Part shown: positions 58,092 to 64,000 of the stretch, piece by piece
Layout: the number at the start of each line of letters is the position of its first letter
Position numbering within the stretch: position 1 is the first letter of the stretch
Source: Alphaproteobacteria bacterium
GTDB taxonomy: Bacteria > Pseudomonadota > Alphaproteobacteria > UBA6615
Assembly: GCA_011087645.1 (NCBI GenBank)
Contig: JAALLF010000001.1
Location: forward strand, 208,046-272,045
Reading direction: 5' to 3'
DNA length: 64,000 nt
Notes under the pieces: model-generated
What the model was told of the DNA's origin: nothing
Seen by the model: only the letters and a program-made list of their open reading frames with translations
Database searches by the model: none
Position numbers and translations under genes: made by a program

Positions 58092-58853
58092 CTAAGGATT
58101 GATCTGGCTGTAGGTGGCGCGGGCTAAGCCGAGAAGCTGTTCGCGCGCCGCCCGACCGATCAACGCATAGGCCAAGGGACCGTCCTTCCAATAGAAGGCC
58201 GACACCTCATCTTCCTCGACAAAGCGGAACGAGGTCTCATCGCCGGCCCGGTTGCGCTCGACATACAGGGTCAGCCGGTCGCCTTTTTCATTTTCATACA
58301 TGAACTGAGCGGCCGGACCGCTCTCCGTGGGCAGCAGACGCCCGCCGACCAATTGAAACCCGCCGATCGATAAATCTGGCGCGCGCACCGGCGCCTCCAG
58401 TCGCTTCGATAGCCAGGCCACCAAATGCTTCTCTTCCTTGGCGGGTACTTCGACAGCGTGGCGCACCTCAATCTCATAAATGCGGTGGGCAACCACCGCG
58501 TCGCGCGCCAGCGCCAGTTCCGCGTTCGGCCCGGAATGGAAATATTCGTTCGCCGACCAGCCACCGCCGGCACCGAGGACGAGCGCGACGACAGCAGCAA
58601 TCTGCCAAACCCGCGAGGTATTTACCCGCACCCGGTCGAGGTTTTGAAAGCGCCCGCCGGCCGGGCGCCCCAACAACGGCTCAAAGGCGTCGTGGAGCGC
58701 TCGATTCTGCGCCCGATAATGAGCCAGGGTCGCCGCTTCTTCGGGGTTCTCCTCGAGCCAATTGTCGATTTGGGCCCGCCGCGAATCATCGAGCTGCTTA
58801 TCGACATAGGCCTGAAGTTCGGCCTCATCGGGTTTTGATCCAAAACTACTCAC
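58092..58853 (-). CDS. Anti-sigma factor (single TM, periplasmic domain)
   Basis: Translationally coupled (ATGA overlap) to the ECF sigma gene. Has an anti-sigma N-terminal helix region, a TM helix (VWQIAAVVALVLGAGG) and an RskA-like C-terminus. Confidence 0.65.
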   Translation of the reverse strand: MSSFGSKPDEAELQAYVDKQLDDSRRAQIDNWLEENPEEAATLAHYRAQNRALHDAFEPLLGRPAGGRFQNLDRVRVNTSRVWQIAAVVALVLGAGGGWSANEYFHSGPNAELALARDAVVAHRIYEIEVRHAVEVPAKEEKHLVAWLSKRLEAPVRAPDLSIGGFQLVGGRLLPTESGPAAQFMYENEKGDRLTLYVERNRAGDETSFRFVEEDEVSAFYWKDGPLAYALIGRAAREQLLGLARATYSQINP

Positions 58854-59362
58854 GTCACATTCCGCTCAATTGAACTGTCACCATCGTCCAACATGCCCCG
58901 CAACTTGGCCCGCGCCCGCGACAGCCGCGACATCACGGTCCCCACGGGCACGCCGGCGATATGGGCCGCTTCCTCGTAGCTGAAGCCCTCCAGGCCAACC
59001 AGCAAGAGGATTTGCCTCTGGTCCTCGGGCAGCCGCTGTACCGACTGCGCGACCTCGCGCAGGGCCAGACCATCACCTTGATCCGGGGGCACTGAAATAC
59101 CCGGTAAATATTCCTGCAACTCGATCACATTCGGCCTCGCCGCCGCCTTCTGCACATCGTTGACGTAAATATTGTGCAAAATCGTAAACAACCACGCGCG
59201 CAAATTTCCCGGCCGCCGCCACAAATGCCACTTCGACATGGCACGCACCAAACAGTCCTGGACGAGATCGTCGGATCGGTCTTCGTCGTACCGCAAGAGC
59301 ACCATCGCGTAACGGCGAAGGCTCGGGATATGCGGTTCAACCAGGTCGAACTTCCGCGACAA
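58850..59362 (-). CDS. ECF (sigma-70 family) RNA polymerase sigma factor
   Basis: Sigma regions 2 and 4 (DLVQDCLVRAMSKWHLW ... EEAAHIAGVPVGTVMSRLSRARAKL). Start refined to TTG 59362, preceded by a GGGGGAAGGGGA RBS. The ORF track begins at GTG 59419. Confidence 0.8.
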   Translation of the reverse strand: MSRKFDLVEPHIPSLRRYAMVLLRYDEDRSDDLVQDCLVRAMSKWHLWRRPGNLRAWLFTILHNIYVNDVQKAAARPNVIELQEYLPGISVPPDQGDGLALREVAQSVQRLPEDQRQILLLVGLEGFSYEEAAHIAGVPVGTVMSRLSRARAKLRGMLDDGDSSIERNVT

Positions 59363-59729
59363 AATCGTCCCCTTCCCCCAACAGTATGGAAGGCGGCGCC
59401 GCGTTGGGGGGTGCGGCACCGCCCGGTGGCCCTAGGGTTGAACCACCGTCCATACATTCTTGAACCTATGACACGCCGTGTCACCAGGTTTCTTGTTATT
59501 CGCCCCTTGTCCGGCTACCTGTGCGGACAGGGTAAATCGGCCCGATAACGAGACGGCGGGACGGATTCCACACATCACATGCGAAACCGGATCGCCCCGC
59601 CGACCCACCGTTTAGTCTGCCTAGGCAACTCATAAACAGCGCTGGCGGGGTTTTATTCCCCGGAAAAGGTGAAACGCCGCCACCGGAGTCTGTCTCCAGC
59701 GGCGGCGCAGCACTTGTTTGGTTAACGCG

Positions 59730-62327
59730 CTATTCGGCAGCTTCGGCGCGAATCGCCTCGCCGTTGACCACCAGCCCATCGGCATCGGTGCCGACATGCA
59801 CCGTGTCGCCTTCGTTGATGCGGCCCTCGAGCAACTGGCTGGCCAATTGGTTCTGTAAGCCGCGCTGAATGACCCGCTTGAGGGGCCGGGCGCCATAAAC
59901 GGGATCGTAGCCGGCATCGGCGAGCCACTCACGCGCCGCCATATCGAGCTCCAGCGCTACCTTGCGTTCGGCCAAAAGCGCGCTTAACCGCGCCAATTGG
60001 ATATCGACGATAGCGCCCATATGCGCCCGGGTGAGGCAATGGAAGAGCAGCGTTTCGTCCAACCGGTTTAAGAACTCAGGCCGGAACGCGCTGCGAACCA
60101 CACCCATCACCTCTTCGCGCACCGCGTCGCTGTCCTCGCCTTCGAGCTGTTCGGATAAATACTCGCTACCCAAATTCGAGGTCATGATGATCAGCGTGTT
60201 CTTGAAATCGACCGTGCGGCCGTGACCGTCGGTCAGCCGGCCATCATCGAGTACCTGCAGCAGAATGTTGAAGGCATCGGGATGCGCCTTCTCGACCTCG
60301 TCGAACAGGATCACCTGGTAAGGCCGGCGGCGAACCGCTTCGGTTAACACGCCGCCCTCTTCATAGCCGACATAGCCCGGGGGCGCACCGATCAACCGAG
60401 CGACCGCGTGCTTTTCCATGAACTCCGACATGTCGATGCGCACCATGGCCTGTTCGTCATCGAACAGGAAGTCGGCCAACGCCTTAGTCAGTTCGGTCTT
60501 GCCGACACCGGTGGGACCGAGAAACAGAAACGAGCCGATCGGCCGGTCGGGATCCTGCAGGCCGGCACGCGCGCGGCGTACGGCGTTCGACACGGCAACC
60601 ACCGCCTCGTCCTGGCCGATCACCCGGGTGCCAAGCGCGGCTTCCATCTGGAGTAATTTATCGCGCTCGCCTTCGAGCATCTTGTCGACTGGGATGCCGG
60701 TCCAGCGCGAGACGATGGCGGCGATGTCGCTTTCCTTGACCTCTTCTTCAAGCGTCCGGTCATCGGAGGCTCCCTCAGCCTCGCCGAGCTTGCCTTCCAG
60801 TTCGGGAATAACGCTGTAGGCGAGCTCACCGGCTTCTTCGAGCTTACCGTCACGCTGGGCAATCTCGAGCTGCTGACGCGCCTTATCGAGCTGTTCCTTG
60901 ATCTTTTGCGAACCGGCGAGAATTTCGCGCTCGGCCTGCCAAACCGATGTCATATCGGCCGAGCGGCCTTCCAGCCCGGAGAGTTCCAGTTCGAGGGCCT
61001 CTAGACGATCCGTCGAAGCGCTATCGGATTCCTTCTTTAGCGCTTCACGTTCGATTTTCATTTGGATGATGCGGCGGTCGAGCTCGTCGATTTCTTCCGG
61101 CTTGGAATCGACCTCCATGCGCAAACGCGACCCCGCCTCGTCCATCAGGTCGATCGCCTTATCCGGCAGAAACCGGTCGGAGATATAGCGGTTCGACATG
61201 GTCGCGGCGGCGACCAACGCGCTATCGGTAATGCGCACACCGTGATGTAGCTCGTATTTTTCCTTCAAGCCGCGCAGGATCGAGATCGTGTCCTCGACCG
61301 TGGGTTCGGCCACGAAGACCGGTTGGAACCGGCGCGCCAGGGCGGCGTCTTTTTCCACATGTTGGCGATATTCATCAAGGGTGGTGGCGCCCACGCAATG
61401 CAGCTCGCCGCGCGCCAACGCCGGCTTCAGCATGTTCGAGGCGTCCATCGATCCCTCCGCCGCACCGGCGCCGACGATGGTGTGCATCTCGTCAATGAAT
61501 AGAACGATTTCGCCGGCGGCGGCGACTTCCTGCAAAACCGCCTTCAGCCGTTCCTCGAACTCGCCGCGAAATTTAGCACCGGCGATGAGCGCGCCCATAT
61601 CGAGCGCCAACAGGCTCTTATCGCGCAGGCTTTCCGGCACATCGCCGTTGACGATGCGCAGGGCCAAACCCTCGATAATCGCCGTCTTGCCGACCCCGGG
61701 TTCGCCAATGAGGACTGGGTTATTCTTGGTGCGCCGCGACAGCACCTGCACCGTGCGGCGGATTTCCTCGTCACGGCCGATGACCGGATCGAGCCGGCCC
61801 TCACGCGCCGCCGCCGTTAGATCGAGGGTGTATTTCTTCAACGCGTCGTAGGCGTTTTCCGCGGTCGGCGAGTCGGCCGTGCGGCCCTGCCGCAGCGCTT
61901 CGATCGCCCGGTTCAAATTTTGCGGTGTGACCCCAGCTTCAGCGAGAACTTTCGCAACGTCACTGCCCGACGCCATCGCCAACGCCAGCAACAACCGTTC
62001 GACAGTGACGAACTCATCACCCGCCTTCTTGGCAAGGCTCTCTGCCGATTTAAGGATTTTCGAGGCTTCCGACGCGATGTACACGCCGCTGGCGCCATCG
62101 CCTTCGACCCGTGGCATTTTGTCGAGCGCGCTATCAACCGCACCTTCAGCGGCCGCGGGGTCGCCGCCAGCATTGCGAATCAAATTGGCGCACAGCCCTT
62201 CCTCATCATCGAGCAGGACTTTCAAAAGATGTTGGCTGGTCAGATGTTGGTGGGAGCGCCCCTGGGCCAAATCGTGGGCCGCCTGGACAAAGCCTCGCGC
62301 GCGCTCGGTAAACGCTTCAAAGTTCAT
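59730..62327 (-). CDS. clpB: ATP-dependent chaperone ClpB
   Basis: Clp N-domain, two AAA+ modules (GEPGVGKT and GPTGVGKT) and the long coiled-coil middle domain. GGAAGAGGGG RBS precedes ATG 62327. Confidence 0.95.
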   Translation of the reverse strand: MNFEAFTERARGFVQAAHDLAQGRSHQHLTSQHLLKVLLDDEEGLCANLIRNAGGDPAAAEGAVDSALDKMPRVEGDGASGVYIASEASKILKSAESLAKKAGDEFVTVERLLLALAMASGSDVAKVLAEAGVTPQNLNRAIEALRQGRTADSPTAENAYDALKKYTLDLTAAAREGRLDPVIGRDEEIRRTVQVLSRRTKNNPVLIGEPGVGKTAIIEGLALRIVNGDVPESLRDKSLLALDMGALIAGAKFRGEFEERLKAVLQEVAAAGEIVLFIDEMHTIVGAGAAEGSMDASNMLKPALARGELHCVGATTLDEYRQHVEKDAALARRFQPVFVAEPTVEDTISILRGLKEKYELHHGVRITDSALVAAATMSNRYISDRFLPDKAIDLMDEAGSRLRMEVDSKPEEIDELDRRIIQMKIEREALKKESDSASTDRLEALELELSGLEGRSADMTSVWQAEREILAGSQKIKEQLDKARQQLEIAQRDGKLEEAGELAYSVIPELEGKLGEAEGASDDRTLEEEVKESDIAAIVSRWTGIPVDKMLEGERDKLLQMEAALGTRVIGQDEAVVAVSNAVRRARAGLQDPDRPIGSFLFLGPTGVGKTELTKALADFLFDDEQAMVRIDMSEFMEKHAVARLIGAPPGYVGYEEGGVLTEAVRRRPYQVILFDEVEKAHPDAFNILLQVLDDGRLTDGHGRTVDFKNTLIIMTSNLGSEYLSEQLEGEDSDAVREEVMGVVRSAFRPEFLNRLDETLLFHCLTRAHMGAIVDIQLARLSALLAERKVALELDMAAREWLADAGYDPVYGARPLKRVIQRGLQNQLASQLLEGRINEGDTVHVGTDADGLVVNGEAIRAEAAE

Positions 62328-62633
62328 ATCGCCCCTCTTCCGTCTTCCTCTTCTGAGGCAAGACACACTGGCGGACCCAATTGCGGCATCCGCTCAAAGG
62401 AAACCCATATTCCACCGGTTCATCAGCGGATCCTCTCTACCTTGCTGGAGGATCGCGGCGTCTGCCTTGAGGCAACTCAACCGGCGACTTTTAATATGGT
62501 GTGGCTTTACCGCAACACAAGTCGTGCTGGCGCAATTATGCCGGGCAAACCTTACGCAATAGCGAACGGATCGCCGCCGCACATAACGGTTCGTCAATAA
62601 ATTCCAGCGTTTGCGAAGGAATAGGCGCGCGCT

Positions 62634-63281
62634 TTAGGCGCTGACCGGTTCGCTATCCTCAGCCGGCGTCTCCGAACCATCATCGTTGGATTCCGCCTCA
62701 GCCGCCTTTGCCGACTTGCTTTGACGATTGGCCGATCCGTTCGCCCGACGGCTCCGGGTGCGGCGGGCCGGTTTGCCCTCATCCGCATCGCCGCTTCCAC
62801 TCGAAGTGTCGGCGGGCGCTTGATCCGACTGCCCGGCCTCTTTTGATTGCACCAGTTCGGCAAGTTCGGCCGGTGTGGTTGCGGTTTCGGCGTCAACCTC
62901 GGCGGCCGGCGCAGCCGGTGCGGATGGCTGCTCGACCGAGGCTTCAGCGCTCTCGGCGGCGGCCCCATTCGGCGCCACGTTACCATTGCGTTGTTGCGGC
63001 TGTTGGGCCTGATCTTGCGAATTATTCTCGCGATTGAGGCCTGCTGCTTCCATCAGCCGATAGTAATGCTCGGCATGCTGATAAAAACCTTCAGCCGCGA
63101 CCCGGTCGCCACTCGATGCGGCATCGCGCGCCAGCTGTTGGTATTTTTCGTAGATCTGCGCCGAGTTGCCCCGGACGCGGGCGCCCGGACCATTACTATC
63201 GAAAACTTGGTTGCGGGAGTTACCGCCCGGCTTTCTATTGCCGCGGCCTCGAGACCGCCGTGAGTTCGGATTTTGTCGCAT
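62634..63281 (-). CDS. DUF4167-domain protein (conserved alphaproteobacterial, Arg-rich N-terminus with Ala/Glu-rich low-complexity tail)
   Basis: N-terminal block RGRGNRKP..NQVFDSNGP..VRGN.QIYEKYQQLARDA...DRVAAE.YYQHAEHYYR is typical of DUF4167. Confidence 0.65.
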   Translation of the reverse strand: MRQNPNSRRSRGRGNRKPGGNSRNQVFDSNGPGARVRGNSAQIYEKYQQLARDAASSGDRVAAEGFYQHAEHYYRLMEAAGLNRENNSQDQAQQPQQRNGNVAPNGAAAESAEASVEQPSAPAAPAAEVDAETATTPAELAELVQSKEAGQSDQAPADTSSGSGDADEGKPARRTRSRRANGSANRQSKSAKAAEAESNDDGSETPAEDSEPVSA

Positions 63282-63544
63282 CGCTCCAATAGTCCGGAAT
63301 TTATACCGCTGTACGGGGCCGCTTCCACGACTTACCCGTATGAGCCCAATCTGCAGACCAAGCTAAGACCCGCTCACCCCTTGCGGTGGAGTGATGTGCG
63401 GTCGTTCTATTCGGGGAGTTTACCCTCGACGCAAATGCTTAATAGATTGTGATCACATAAACATTTTTATCGTGTAAACCATCCCCACCCTAGGAAAGTC
63501 GGGCCCATATTCCAAGCCTTTTTTTCGAAAAAACAGAAACTAAT

Positions 63545-64000
63545 CTACGGCAGACGTAATATGGCAACACGGGAGATACCGGCGATATCGGCCCGTAAAC
63601 CGGCGATTACAAGGCCATAGTCGCGCGCTAATACACTGACAGCCTCATCTTGGCCCGCCCCCAATTCAAACAATGCCATCCCGTCCGACGCCAAAACATC
63701 GGACATGAGCGGTAAAAGGGTGCGGTACGCGTCCAACCCGTCTTCGCCGCCGTCGAGCGCGCCGCGCGGTTCGTAGCGCGCTACTTCCGGCGATAATCTC
63801 GCTATATTCGCGGTCGCGATATAAGGGGGGTTGCTGAGGACAATATCGAAGCGTCCGGCGATCGCGGCCGTCCAGTCGCCGACGACGAAATCCGACCGCG
63901 CGCCGAGGCCCAACCCCATGGCATTACGGCGCGCCAGATCGATGGCCGCCGGGCTGATATCGACCCCGGTGCCGGTGGCGGCGGGGAACTCGTGCAAGAG
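63545..64000 (-). CDS. prmC: Release-factor glutamine N5-methyltransferase PrmC/HemK, C-terminal part (5' end beyond window)
   Basis: NPPY catalytic motif (IVLSNPPYIA) with a SAM-methyltransferase fold. The ORF runs off the window end. Confidence 0.75.
   Translation of the reverse strand, partial: LLHEFPAATGTGVDISPAAIDLARRNAMGLGLGARSDFVVGDWTAAIAGRFDIVLSNPPYIATANIARLSPEVARYEPRGALDGGEDGLDAYRTLLPLMSDVLASDGMALFELGAGQDEAVSVLARDYGLVIAGLRADIAGISRVAILRLP

Noticed and set aside
62328-62633. A sigma-32-type heat-shock promoter upstream of clpB
   Set aside because: No convincing CTTGAAA-N13-16-CCCCATnT match was found by eye on the clpB strand, so no promoter feature is claimed.
1-64000. CRISPR arrays, rRNA genes and transposases/IS elements
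   Set aside because: No regularly spaced short direct repeats with unique spacers, no rRNA-like sequence and no transposase or integrase ORF were seen. The only repeats present are the mosaic palindromic elements and the tRNA-end array described above.

Overview
This is a high-GC (about 63-65%) alphaproteobacterial chromosomal window, densely coding, mixing housekeeping and catabolic or accessory genes. Housekeeping genes are clpB, prmC (3' partial), rpmJ, glcDEF, sthA, metZ, msrP and tRNA-Val. Recognisable genes from start to end are: a LysR regulator (5' partial); msrP; an MFS transporter; a hydrolase, SDR, cupin, HAD-dehalogenase and dienelactone-hydrolase cluster; a PQQ-propeller protein; glcF-glcE-glcD; L36; a trypsin/PDZ protease; aapJQMP-type amino-acid ABC transporter; a DcyD-family enzyme, a cystathionine-lyase-like enzyme and RidA; an epimerase; a TPR+GSCFA protein; an amidohydrolase; a haloalkane dehalogenase; a KPR-like reductase; two CmcJ/NvfI-family paralogs flanking a PNPOx-like flavoprotein and an amidohydrolase; sthA; metZ; KefB/C-like antiporter; two convergent cytochromes c; tRNA-Val(GAC); cpdR-like response regulator; N-formylglutamate amidohydrolase; GNAT; phhA; lytic transglycosylase; a STAS-MlaE/MlaF/MlaD/lipoprotein ABC system; a five-PAS sensor kinase plus single-domain response regulator; DgcA-like racemase, DgcN-like DUF1611 and a cytoplasmic GGT; MATE; M23 peptidase; anti-sigma factor with ECF sigma; clpB; DUF4167; prmC. 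The most unusual non-coding structures are: (1) at least six copies of a mosaic palindromic intergenic repeat family, one lying inside the glcDEF operon; (2) a 78-79 bp tandem array that re-duplicates the 3' end of the adjacent tRNA-Val three times; (3) two tandem SAM-II-like riboswitch aptamers upstream of metZ, the first followed by an intrinsic terminator; and (4) a truncated FAD-binding gene remnant. There is no CRISPR array, integrase, transposase or obvious defence locus. The candidate novel system is therefore metabolic: paired CmcJ/NvfI-like oxygenases with PNPOx-like flavoprotein, amidohydrolases and a haloalkane dehalogenase, plus the TPR-GSCFA protein. These are reported as hypotheses, not established functions.
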